Made by a program: the position numbers and the translations under genes. A stretch of 59,963 bases of DNA, counting the filler, from Catajapyx aquilonaris (lineage: Eukaryota): the NCBI GenBank assembly GCA_000934665.2. It is 4 parts of 4 records of this genome, joined end to end, with 100 filler letters (N's around TTAATTAATTAA, not from the genome) between each part and the next. Parts side by side here need not be neighbours in the genome. Positions count along the whole stretch, not along the records: positions 1 to 14,913 come from JYFJ02007653.1; 3 more parts are not named here. One strand, written 5' to 3'. The notes below the pieces were generated by a model, which had not been told where the DNA came from, made no database searches, and saw nothing but the letters and a program-made list of their open reading frames with translations. Position 1 is the first letter of the stretch. The number at the start of each line of letters is the position of its first letter. Shown here piece after piece: positions 1-10,907 of this stretch.

Positions 1-854
1 ATTGGCGCGCCTTCGGCCCCGCCCGGGCCTGCCCAGCACCGCTAGAGAGCTGGCAACAATAGCCTGGAGTATGTCGTCAACGGAGTCAACAATGAAGCAT
101 GACAAATACCACACCTGCAACAATCAACCAACCCACCACCCAGCCCATCAATCCAGCCAATCAACCACCAATCAACCAACAACAATGAGTGCGCCCGATT
201 TGCGCGCCTTCGGCGCGAATTGGTCCGCCGCAAGTGCAGCCGGCCGCCCCACACTTCCTCCGACACTCTCCGACCCGAACACAGCAAGTCTTGTTACGCA
301 AAAATTGGTCGGAGTGAGGTGGTATCCGAGGTGGTATCCGTTTACAGAACCCGTGACGTCACTACTGAAGGTGTGGAGTATAATCTGAATGCGCCCTAGC
401 TGACGTATCGTCAAAAGGCAACATGACGCAATAACAGATGACGTGGTGGCGGCGGTGGGGAGGGGCCCCCCGTGGGAGGTAGTGAGTGGTGCTGGTGCAG
501 GCGATGGTGGATCTCGTCTGTTGGCCGCCTGGGGCAACTCTCTGGACCCGTATCATTTTTAAAAGGCTAGGTGGGATTAGAATGAGCTGTCAGCGGGTGA
601 TGGATGGAGCTATTGTTCTCGGGAAGTTTGCCGATACATTAATTTCGCAATCTCGGGTTTGCGTCTACATTTAATTTGGCGATCTCCAAAACGGCTGGGA
701 ATTTTGCGATTATGAGGATTTTTGGAATCGGTATACCGGAGGCTAGAAATCCAACGGTGTAAGTCCGAGATCTCTGCGACCCCGGGAAGTGCGAAATCTT
801 TTTCATCCTCCTCCTATGTATCCTCCTCCTCCTCCTCGTTTAGGGGCTTCATAG

Positions 855-1278
855 CAAGGTGTATCTGAACTCAGTGCCCCGACGTATATGACTGCCTTCC
901 TAGCCACCAGAGGATCGATTTAAGTATAGGAATCATTATGCTTGGCCGCCGTATTACGGAGATACACTCTTTAGCGATTTTTGCCTCATCGCTCCTTCTG
1001 ACTTTTAAATATAATTTTCTGGAGTAACTAGCCAAAGAGGCCTTACCACCTGTGGGCAACAAACCAACAAAGTCCCGCCCCCAGACCTTCCAGAGCCTTC
1101 TGACTGGGGGAGGGTTCGATGGGTGGCCTAACCGACAGGATATTTTGTACTACATGTTTGCGGCCAATTATCTCCATAATGCGGCGGCCAAACATAATTA
1201 CTCCTATACTTAAATTGATCCTCTAGTGGCTAGGAAGGCAGTCATATACGTCGGGGCACTGAGTTCAGATACACCCTG
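855..1278. mobile_element. Tc1/mariner-like MITE with ~105-bp terminal inverted repeats
   Basis: 858-965 is the near-exact reverse complement of ~1170-1276. The right end is CACCCTG followed by TA, a typical Tc1/mariner terminus. No coding capacity. Confidence 0.75.
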
Positions 1279-1288
1279 TATATACTTG

Positions 1289-2457
1289 ATGCGTCCTACA
1301 TACATGCAAAATGGGGCTTAATATTCTACAAGGTAACGCCGAACCCGCAGATAACCTCCAACAAATTCTACGATTAAAATTACGTGTCATTTTGGCAGGC
1401 CATGTCCCTTCAGTGGTGCAAGTTTCATATTTGCCCTCGTATTAGGGTCCGAGATGTAAAATACAGTATGGCCGGGTGCGCCTGCTCGGTCATTCTATGA
1501 CAAGGCGTCCAAGTTGGTGGCTCGGCCATCTCAGAATGTATTGTTGTAACCCCCATATATTATTGTACGTAAGTTATATGAACGGGCGTGAGATGGACGT
1601 TTTGGAGGCAACGCAACGGTTTTAACCTAGAGCGTAAAATGGCGATACTAAAAAATTCCCATTGTTGTGCAAAAAGGACACATTTCAGGTGGTCCAATGA
1701 AATTGTTAACCGCATGCTAAGAGTATGAAATTAATGTGGTGAGTACATGGTCATCTACTCATTACCCCTGGAGAAGGAAAACATCACAAGCCTTTATTCT
1801 ATCTTGGAAATAATAAATCCTGACATGTCCGTTTTTCCATCATTTGGTCATTTTTTTCCTCTTATGTGACACTGGGCAATTTTAAATTTACACGTGTTAA
1901 AATAAGCGCCATGTCATGCTTGACCTATCTATTTAAGAAAGGTTCAGTTCCCCTGAGAGCCTCACCAGCAGAAAGTCTCTTAATTCAGGACCAAGATGAC
2001 CAAATGATGGAAAAAAGGATATTTCAGGACAACAATACATTCTGAGATGGCCGAGCCACCAACTTGCCCTCCTTGTCATAGAATGACCCAGATCGCTCTA
2101 GGCCACCTTATTTATTTTATATCTCGGACCCTTTTACGAACACAACAATGGAAATGCATACAACTGAAAGGTTATGGGTAGCAGATTACTCACAAAAATG
2201 TTCGCAAAATTCGACTCGGTGCGGGTCGTCACGTCAAGGGTCACGCAACTTCGTAATATTGCGGAAAAGGGCGAAAGAGGCGCATCCGGCCTCCTTATTT
2301 GCTGTATTTTACATCTCGGACCCTAATACGAGGGCAAATATGAAACTTGCACCACTGAATGGATATGACCTGCCAAAATGACACGTAATTTTAAGCGTAG
2401 AATTTCCTGGAGGTTATCTGCGAGTTCGGCGTCATTTTGCATGTATGTAGGACGCAT
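1289..2457. mobile_element. Non-autonomous DNA transposon (foldback-like) with long nested inverted repeats
   Basis: 1289-~1480 is inverted at ~2280-2457 (ATGCGTCCTACATACATGCAAAATG / CATTTTGCATGTATGTAGGACGCAT). An inner pair lies at ~1488-1548 and ~2029-2089. Confidence 0.7.
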
Positions 2458-3025
2458 AATGATTATTAGAGAAACTATCGGGTTATTGTAAACATCAGAA
2501 TGGAAAAGTTCCCATTTTGACCTCGTCATTTCTCGTGACCTATAGCGGTTATCTGGTTTGAAAAATATGTCCCTGTGACTTGACAAAATACGATCCTGAG
2601 TGCCAAATTTCGATTTTCTATTTAAAAAAATGTCAGGTGAACATAGTTGTATGATCTCACATGGAATTACCCAAACTATACTCGTAGAAATAAGTTGCAC
2701 GAATAAGTAGCGGCGCTCTCAAACAGCGACCCAGACCGTGCGGTCACTTGCGAGACTGTGCGGCCAAGAGACCGCGGCCGTGACCGGTGAGCAGAGTGTT
2801 GTGGATTCCGGAACATCGCCAAATAAACATGTCCGTAACCCGGCAGCGCCCAGGATTACCAACACATAAACACAAAAGCACATAAACAGTCGCGACATTA
2901 CTTTTGCGGTCAATAGTACATTGACATTTGCGTGTGTAACCTTTCTTTCTTATAAAGCCTGTGTATTTGATTGGGATTGACAATTTTTGTGCACTTTCAG
3001 ATCAAAATTTCAGCATATTGCATAC

Positions 3026-3412
3026 CCCACTGAGACTTCCAGAATCGACTCCCAATGGGTCGTCTTCTTCTCTAACGGCACTGGGCGTGGCGACAACTAT
3101 TTCTTCCTCCTCCTCCTCCGCTGCCTCCTTCTTGATCTCACGTGGAGCGTCCTCATTACTAGTGGAACCATCGAAGCTTGAAGGGTTCTCTTCCTCCTGT
3201 GAAACCTGCCAGGTGTCCGCCACCGTTACTTCTTCTCCTTCCTCCGCTGCCTCCTTCTTGATCTCACCCAGCCTGTCCTCCGCTGCAGTGGAGTCATCAT
3301 CGTAGAAGCATGAAAGCGTCTCCTCCTTCACGGTTAAGTGCCAGGTCTCCTCCACCTTCACGATCCCAACTTCTTCTTCCTCCGGTTCCTTCTTCACTCC
3401 CAACAATGACAT
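3026..3412 (-). CDS. C2H2 zinc-finger gene copy D, first coding exon (acidic N-terminal domain); zinc-finger exon not found in the contig
   Basis: Paralogous to the first exons at 7188, 10172 and 11678. CAG acceptor 4 nt before ATG 3412; phase-0 GTATGC donor at 3025. Confidence 0.7.
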
Positions 3413-3671
3413 GGCCCTGCAGGTCACCCAGTCAGGTCAAGCCTAATCCCAAATAGTGGATAAGCTGCATTGGAAGGAACGTTCCTCATGACATGTCAAG
3501 TTAAACAAAGGCTTACTTCTACAGTTTCTCAACTGAGCCCCACTCACTCTCTGTGAGAGTACAGAGCATGTCCTGCAGCCCAACTCTAGTTACCTGCACT
3601 CCTTCGAGTGTAATTACAAGTCTAATTAACACTAATTACACTTGGAAATTTCCTCTTTGGAACAGAAACAT

Positions 3672-3685
3672 GGCGGCCATCTTGG
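3672..3685 (-). promoter_or_regulatory. YY1/Pho-like motif (CCAAGATGGCCGCC) in the promoter/5'UTR module repeated before each zinc-finger gene (also 7449-7461, 10432-10444, 11939-11952)
   Basis: The motif is kept at the equivalent position in all four copies and is followed by a CAG|GTAACT donor (e.g. 3593) of a 5'UTR intron ending just before the ATG. Confidence 0.55.
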
Positions 3686-4388
3686 AATTCCGAACAATTG
3701 ACAGTTTCCAATGGTGCCAACACGAAAACTATCGCAATTGCTAATTACAATGCATTTATAGTTTGTAAATTAAATAACTCGTATTTAATTACATATTGTG
3801 CGTGTTAATTTTTTTGCTTATTTAAAAAAAAAACCATTGAATTTTAATTGTCTGTTGGTAACAGTTCTAAAACCCGGGATATTCAAACTAGAGAAATTAT
3901 TCAAAATTAGGTACGAAATTAACTAATCTTGTTTATTAGCATTTGGACATGGCGAACACAGTTTTTTTTAAAATCGCTCAATATTTAATTCATTGCTGAA
4001 AAAGTCAATCAATCCGTGCCAAATTAATTTCCAAATAATTGATGGACCACTTGAAACATTTCATTAGTGTCGTCTTAGTAAGTGAATGTTCACAAATACA
4101 TGTCTCATTTATTGTCCTGCAAAAATACACTACAGACTACATCTAAGATAGGACATAATTGTACTCTAACAGTAAGTGTAAGTGTAAAAAAAAAACTCTT
4201 TTTTTCAACATACATTTTGCAATATGCAAACATTGCACAGTACAAGACAATGCAGCAGTAAGTGTCATATGTACAGAATTACAGGGGCATGGCATGTGTA
4301 GAATCAAAATGTTGCCAATTACATGTGCATCATCTGTAATCATTACAATCCTTCGTTTGCCTGTTTTATACTGTTAAAAGCCTGGCAG

Positions 4389-4395
<7 letters not shown>

Positions 4396-4421
<26 letters not shown>

Positions 4422-4736
4422 TGGGTATAGGCGTACCCCTATTGGGGTCTTGCCAGACCTTTATTAATCGTCAGAATACAATTGGATCCTATTTCTACAG
4501 TGCCCAGGCCCACGGGCAGCAAGGGATGACAGGAGGGGATGTGCAAGCGCAGTGCCTTGTCCGCATGTGGTCGTTTTGTGAGCTCCACAGGGTGGATTAG
4601 TCTGTGGAAATACCACCCAAGACGAAGACCCTGAACTCTGCACGAGATGAAGGGGGAGTCCCCGGGTTGGGATCGAACCCCGGGACCTTAACATCCGCGG
4701 GCGCGAACGTTACCATTGCGCCACTTCGCCTCCCAT
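4396..4736 (-). mobile_element. tRNA-derived SINE (family 1), full length, 15-bp TSD
   Basis: Minus-strand head with A box TGGCGCAATGG and B box GGTTCGATCCC; (ATT)n tail. TSD CCTGGCAGCACATTA at 4381-4395 and 4737-4751. Empty paralogous site at ~8158-8185. Confidence 0.85.
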
Positions 4737-4755
4737 CCTGGCAGCACATTATTTT

Positions 4756-5934
4756 CTATAGCAGAGTTAAAAAATAAACAGGCAACTCTCTGTCATGAAT
4801 TTTCATGTGCCTTTTTAAATGATCTGCCCGAAGATATTCTTTTTGGCACACTCCACATTGAAATGGTCTTGCTCCTGTATGAATTTGCATGTGAACTTGC
4901 AAATTACGTGATTGACTAAAAGATTTCTGGCACACCTCGCAAATGAACGGCTTTTCTCCTGTATGAACCCGCATGTGTGTTTTCAAATGGCTTGAATCAC
5001 TGAATCCTTTCTGGCACACCTCACAAATGAATGGTTTCTCTCCTGTATGAATTCGCATGTGGGTTTTCAAATATCTTGATTCAGGAAAACATTTCTGGCA
5101 CACATCACAACAAAATGGTTTTTCTCCGGCATGAATTAGCTTGTGAGCTTTGAGATTAGCTGACCTCTGAAACGTTTTCTGGCACACATCACAATGATAT
5201 GGTCGCTCTCCCGTATGAATTCGCATATGAGCTTTCAAACTAAGTGAATGCGGAAATTTTTTCTGGCACACCTCACAATTTAATTGATCATCTCTTGTAT
5301 GCATTTCCCTGTGACATATCAAATATTTTGAACTGCGAAATCTTTCCTGACACACATCGCACTGAAAGGGTTTCTCTCCTGTATGAACTAGCATGTGAGT
5401 TTTCAAATGACTTGATGTACGAAATCTTTCCTGACACACATCGCACTGAAAGGGTCTCTCTCCTGTATGAACTACCATGTGAGCTTTCAAATGACTTGAT
5501 GTACGAAAAGTTTTCTGGCAGATCTCGCAATGAAACGGTTTCTTTCCTGTATGAATCTGCATATGAGCGTTCAAACTACGTGAATGTGGAAATTTCTTCT
5601 GGCACACCTCACAATTAATTGGATCACCTCTCGTATGAATTTGCATGTGATTTTTCAAAAAAAATGAATTGCAAAATCTTTTCTGGCACACATCACAATG
5701 AAAGGGTCTCTCTCCTGTATGAACTACCATGTGCTTTTTCAAGTGACTTGAACTGCGAAATTTTTTCTGGCACAGTTCACATTGAAACGGTTTCTCTCCT
5801 GTATGAATTCGCATGTGTGCTTTCAAAGTTTTTGCGCCACTGATTTTTTTCTGGCAGATGTGGCAGCAATTTAGATTCCTTCCCTTCTGGATCTCGTCAT
5901 TTTCTACTCCATCTTCTGCGGTCTCTTCCTTGAT
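4756..5934 (-). CDS. C2H2 zinc-finger gene copy C, exon 2 (13 tandem fingers)
   Basis: ORF 4756-5826 extends in frame to a TTTCAG acceptor at 5935 (IKEETAEDG...). Repeated CxxC-x12-HxxxH with TGEKP-type linkers. Confidence 0.92.
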   Translation of the reverse strand: MKEETAEDGVENDEIQKGRNLNCCHICQKKISGAKTLKAHMRIHTGEKPFQCELCQKKFRSSSHLKKHMVVHTGERPFHCDVCQKRFCNSFFLKNHMQIHTRGDPINCEVCQKKFPHSRSLNAHMQIHTGKKPFHCEICQKTFRTSSHLKAHMVVHTGERPFQCDVCQERFRTSSHLKTHMLVHTGEKPFQCDVCQERFRSSKYLICHREMHTRDDQLNCEVCQKKFPHSLSLKAHMRIHTGERPYHCDVCQKTFQRSANLKAHKLIHAGEKPFCCDVCQKCFPESRYLKTHMRIHTGEKPFICEVCQKGFSDSSHLKTHMRVHTGEKPFICEVCQKSFSQSRNLQVHMQIHTGARPFQCGVCQKEYLRADHLKRHMKIHDRELPVYFLTLL

Positions 5935-6504
5935 CTGAAACGAGAATCAGTGGAAATAAATTTATATCATGGGGATGTGGATAAGAGGTAGTTTACACAG
6001 CATGGGTGTGTTTTTCATCTTCTTTCTTTGGTACTGTCATATGTGTACTTCATTCTCTTTCTGCCTAATAAATCGCTTAGGTGTCTCAGTCCAAGCTAAA
6101 GGTTCATTTGCCAATGTACGAGGGCGAGTCAATAAAGAGTGAGAAAGTTTTTTTCACGTTTCACATAGTGGACATATGGGGGCAACACAATTTTTTCGGG
6201 GAATGGTCAGGTCTTGTGGGATTGGCTAAAAATTATGAGCTTGTATGCACATGCATCAGATAGCATTTAGCCAAAGACACATGCATGGTGGGAATTCACC
6301 TGCCAAAAATGGAGTAAGTTCGGGATGAGCAGTACCCTTCAGCGTTTGGTAGCGGAGTACGGCAATGCATGCCTAAATTCCATCGTTACAGGTGTTTAGA
6401 GTTGGCTTCAAGACTACAATCCCGATCATGTATTTCTTTTTGGCCTAATGAAGAGAATTACCTCTTAAGATACAATGAAAACGAAGTATGATTACAATTA
6501 TTAT

Positions 6505-6782
6505 TATTCAATACAGAGCAATGTACAATCACCTACCCAATTCTTTACAACAGGAACTAACTTGTAAGTACCAAGAGTCATTATTTGTATGTCTGGATGA
6601 AATTTTTTTACACAGTGTATCATATAGCATAGAAATTTCCCTTATTACTATTCTTCAACCCACATCATTATTGCAACATCCATACCTTCATATTGTGTAC
6701 GCACATATCCCCAAGGTTGTATTACAACCGGCACATAATTAGCGTCGCCTTCATGGAAGGCGACGCTAATAAATAAATAAAC
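6505..6782 (+). mobile_element. 5'-truncated LINE 3' end in the intron of copy C
   Basis: Peptide YNHLPNSLQ...FLHSVSYSIE resembles non-LTR RT C-termini; followed by an (AATA)n tail. Absent from the paralogous intron of copy B. Confidence 0.4.
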
Positions 6783-6930
6783 CAAGAGACTCTACTTTTG
6801 GTAAGTGGGGAGATTAGGTCATGGTGAAAACAGCGCCATTCAGTCTTAATCATTAAAATTTTTTGGAATGGTTTCAGAAAAGGATTGAGCATTGGCTTTA
6901 TAATCATTGCAATTTCAGCAGATTACATAC

Positions 6931-7188
6931 CCTGCTAATCCTTCTCAGGCCAAGTGCTAATGGGTCGTCTTCCTCTTCCACGGGACTGGGCGTTGCGACC
7001 ACCATCTCCTCCTCCTCCTCCGCTGCCTCGTTCTTGACCGCACCCAGCGTATCCTCTACAAGAGTGGAGTCACCATCGATGCGTGACAGGATCTCTTCGT
7101 CCTTCAACGGAAGCTGCCAGGTCTCCTCCACCGTTATGCCCCCATCTTCTTCCTCCACCTCTTCCTTCTTCACTTCCAACGATGACAT
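6931..7188 (-). CDS. C2H2 zinc-finger gene copy C, first coding exon (acidic domain)
   Basis: ATG 7188 after a CAG acceptor. Phase-0 GTATGT donor at 6930 joins in frame to exon 2 at 5934. Confidence 0.85.
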
Positions 7189-8192
7189 GGCCCTGCAGGT
7201 CACCTAATCAGGTCAAAGGCTAATCCCAAATAGCGGACAAGCTGCATTGGAAGGAACGTTCCTCATGACATAATTGACATGTCACGTTAAACAGAGGCCT
7301 ACTTCTATAATTGATCAACTGAGCCCCACTCACTCTCTTTGAGAGTACAGAGCATGTCCTACAGCCCAACTCTAGTTACCTGCACTCCTCCCAGTGTAAT
7401 TACAAGTCTAATTAACACTAATTAACTTGGAAATTTCCTCTTTGGAACGCGGCCATCTTGGAATTCCGAACAATTGACAGTTTCCAATGGTGCCAACACG
7501 AAAACTATCGCAATTGCTAATTACAATGCATTTATAGTTTGTAAATTAAATAACTCGTATTTAATTACATATTGTGCGTGTTAATTTTCTTGCTTATTTT
7601 AAAAAAACCATTGAATTTTAATTGTCTGTTGGTAACAGTTCTAAAACCCGGGATATTCAAACTAGAGAAATTATTCAAAATTAGGTACGAAATTAACTAA
7701 TCTTGTTTATTAGCATTTGGACATGGCGAACACAGTTTTTTTTTAAATCGCTCAATATTTAATTCATTGCTGAAGAAGTCAATCAATCCGTGCCAAATTA
7801 ATTTATAAATAATTGATGGACCACTTGAAACATTTCATTAGTATCGTCTTAGTAAATGAATGCTCACAAATACATGTCTCATTTATTGTCCTGCAAAAAT
7901 ACACTACAGACTACATCTAAGATAGGACATAATTGTACTCTAACAGTAAGTGTAAGTGTAAAAAAAACTATTTTTTCAACATACATTTTGCAATATGCAA
8001 ACATTGCACAGTACAAGACAATGCAGCAGTAAGTGTCATGCGCAGAATTAGTGAATTACAGGGGCAGGGCATGTGTAGAATGAAAATGTTACCAATTACA
8101 TGTGCATCATCTATAATCATAACAATCCTTCGTTTGCCTGTTTTATATTGTTAAAAGCCTGGCAGCACTTTACTACATTTTCTATAGCTGAG

Positions 8193-9503
8193 CTAAAAAA
8201 TAAACAAGTTACTCTCTGTCAAGTGACCTGCTTGACAAAATCCTTTCTGGCACACCTCACAAACGAACGGTTTCTCTCCTGTATGAATTCGCATGTGAGT
8301 TTCCAAATCCATTGCGTCAAGAAAGTTTTTCTGGCATACCTTACACATAAATTTGGCTCTGCTATGAATTCGCATGTGAGTTTTCAAATGGTTTGAACTA
8401 CTGAATCCTTTCTGGCACACCTCACAATGAAACGGTTTCTGTCCAGTATGAATTTGCTTGTGAGTTTTCAAATCCCTTGGCCTCAGAAATTTTTCCTGGC
8501 ACACATCGCAATGATACTGTCTCTCACCAGTATGAATTCGCATGTGAGCTTTCAAATATCTTGATTCAGGGAAACATTTCTGGCACACATCACAACAAAA
8601 TGGTTTTTCTCCGGTATGAATTAGCTTGTGAGCTTTGAGCTTAGTTGACCTCTGAAATGTTTTCTGGCACACATCACAATGATATGGTCACTCTCCCGTA
8701 TGAATTCGCATGTGATCTTTCAAATTACATGATTGACGAAAATCTTTCTGACATATCTCGCAATGAAATGGTCTCTTTCTTGTATGAGTCCTCATGTGAT
8801 CTTTCAAGCTAAGTGAATGTGGGAATTTTTTCTGGCACACCTCACAATTAAATGGATCATCTCTCGTATGCATTTCCATGTGACATTTCAAATATTTCGA
8901 ACCGCGAAATCTTTCCTGACACACATCGCACTGAAAGGGTTTCTCTCCTGTATGAACTAGCATGTGAGTTTTCAAATGACTTGAATCGCGAAATCTTTCC
9001 TGACACACATCGCACTGAAAGGGTCTCTCTCCTGTATGAACTACCATGTGAGCTTTCAAATGACTTGATGTACGAAAAGTTTTCTGACATATCTCGCAAT
9101 GAAACGGTTTCTTTCCCGTATGAATCTGCATATGAGCGTTCAAACTACGTGAATGTGGAAATTTCTTCTGGCACACCTCACAAATAATTGGATTGTCTCT
9201 CCTATGAATTTGCATGTGACTTTTCAAAAAAAAAGAACTGCTAAATCTTTTCTGGCACACATCACAATGAAAGGGTCTCTCTCCTGTATGAACGAGCATG
9301 TGCCTTTTCAAGTGACTTGATTGACGAAATTTTTTCTGGCACAGTTCACATTGAAACCGTCTCTCTCCTGTATGAATTCGCATGTGTGCTTTCAAAGCTT
9401 TTGCGCCACTGAATTTTTTCTGGCAGATGTGGCAGCAATTTTGATTCCTTCCCTTCTGGATCTCGTCATTTTCTACTCCATCTTCAGTGGTCTCTTCCTT
9501 GAT
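8193..9503 (-). CDS. C2H2 zinc-finger gene copy B, exon 2: 9 fingers, in-frame TGA at 8688-8690, then 5 more fingers and a partial one (truncated allele or pseudogene)
   Basis: ORFs 8688-9395 and 8193-8672 share a frame. Acceptor TTTCAG at 9504. The paralogous codon in copy C (5203-5205) is CGA. Confidence 0.88.
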
Positions 9504-9532
9504 CTGAAACGAGAATCAGCGGAAATAAATTT

Positions 9533-9806
9533 AACTGAAGCAGGTTGGCATAGTGGATAAGGCGTCCGACTGCTAATCGGGAGGTCCTGGGTTCGAATCC
9601 CGGGGCCGGCAACTCTGACTGTGGTTTTCTGTGGTTTCCCACGGTCCTTCCAGGACAATTCCGGAGTTGCTTCCGTAATTAATAGGCCACAGCCGCTTCC
9701 TTCCGTCCCTATCCTATCCCAATGAGCACAGTAAAATAAAAAGCAGAGTTCCAGCCAAAACAAAAAAACTTCCCCCTTAAAGAGCCGATGGCTGATAATG
9801 GGGTAT
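9533..9806 (+). mobile_element. tRNA-derived SINE (family 2) in the intron of copy B
   Basis: A box TGGCATAGTGG, B box GGTTCGAATCC, body GGTTTTCTGTGGTTTCCC...TAGGCCACAGCCGCTTCCTTCC. Second copy at 36586-36908. Confidence 0.85.
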
Positions 9807-9914
9807 GGTGAAAACAGTGCCATTCAGTCTTAATTATTAAAATTTTTTGGAATGGTTTCAGAAAAGGATTGAGCATTGGCTTTATAATCATTGCAATTTC
9901 AGCAGATTACATAC

Positions 9915-10172
9915 CCTGCTAATCCTTCTCGGGCCAAGTGCTAATGGGTCGTCTTCCTCTTCCACGGGACTGGGCGTTGCGACCACCATCTCCTCTTCCT
10001 CCTCCGCTGCCTCGTTCTTGACCGCACCCAGCGTATCCTCTACAAGAGTGGAGTCACCATCGATGCGTGACAGGATCTCTTCGTCCTTCAACAGAAGCTG
10101 CCATGTCTCCTCCACCGTTATGCCTCCATCTTCTTCCTCCACCTCTTCCTTCTTCACTTCCAACGATGACAT
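9915..10172 (-). CDS. C2H2 zinc-finger gene copy B, first coding exon (acidic domain)
   Basis: Nearly identical to 6931-7188. Phase-0 GTATGT donor at 9914 joins in frame to 9503. Confidence 0.85.
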
Positions 10173-10907
10173 TGCCCTGCAGGTCACCCAGTCAGGTCAA
10201 GGCTAATCCCAAATAGCGGATAAGCTGCATTGGAAGGAACGTTCCTCATGACATGTCACGTTAAACGGAGGCCTACTTCTATAATTGATCAACTGAGCCC
10301 CACTCACTCTCTTTGAGAGTACAGAGCATGTCCTACAGCCCAACTCTAGTTACCTGCACTCCTCCCAGTGTAATTACAAGTCTAATTAACACTAATTACA
10401 CTCGGAAAATCTGCTTCAGAACAAAATAATCGCCGCCATCTTGGAATTCCGAACAAGTGACAATGGCCAGTGGTGCCAACACAAAATCTGTTACTATAAT
10501 TAACGGCTTATTTATAATATTAATTAAATAAATGCACTATATTTAATAATTGTCATGTGAAAGATACGATTAAGTTTTTTCTTAAAAAACTGAATATTAA
10601 TTGACTGTTGGCAACAGTTTCAAACGCTGAATATTCAAATAACTTTTTTAAAGGCTAAATAGGCTAATTTTTTGGTTTTAATTTATTTTTTTGTTTTTAG
10701 GCTAAATAGGCTAATTTTTTGGTTTTAATTTATTTTTTGTTTAAAGTGGGAAGGGTAGTTGATAAAACATGCAATTCTTGACACGAGGAAGAAAATAAAA
10801 ATTTACACACACTTTGTCGTAATCAATCCAATTCATCATTTTATTTCTTCAATGTTCTGGATTACAAAAATTTTTTTTTTTCCCCGGCACAGTACAAAAA
10901 TAAATGT

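Noticed and set aside
2..537. Overlapping ORFs in the GC-rich start of the window
   Set aside because: Low-complexity (CAAC-rich) sequence with no domain motif or splice support.
752..830. Shared sequence with 15014-15080 (CAACGG.GTAAGTCCGAG...CGGGAAGTG)
   Set aside because: An ordinary dispersed repeat fragment on two unrelated contigs; too short to classify.
3413..3427. ORF-track starts MTCRA (GTG) of the zinc-finger first exons
   Set aside because: This sequence is the splice acceptor (TGACCTGCAG); the first ATG follows 4 nt after it.
9537..9610. tRNA gene with GCT anticodon-like loop (also ~36590-36665 and the head at ~4665-4735)
   Set aside because: No proper acceptor stem; followed by a SINE body, and at 36586 and 4396 by an (ATT)n tail and TSD, so these are SINE heads.
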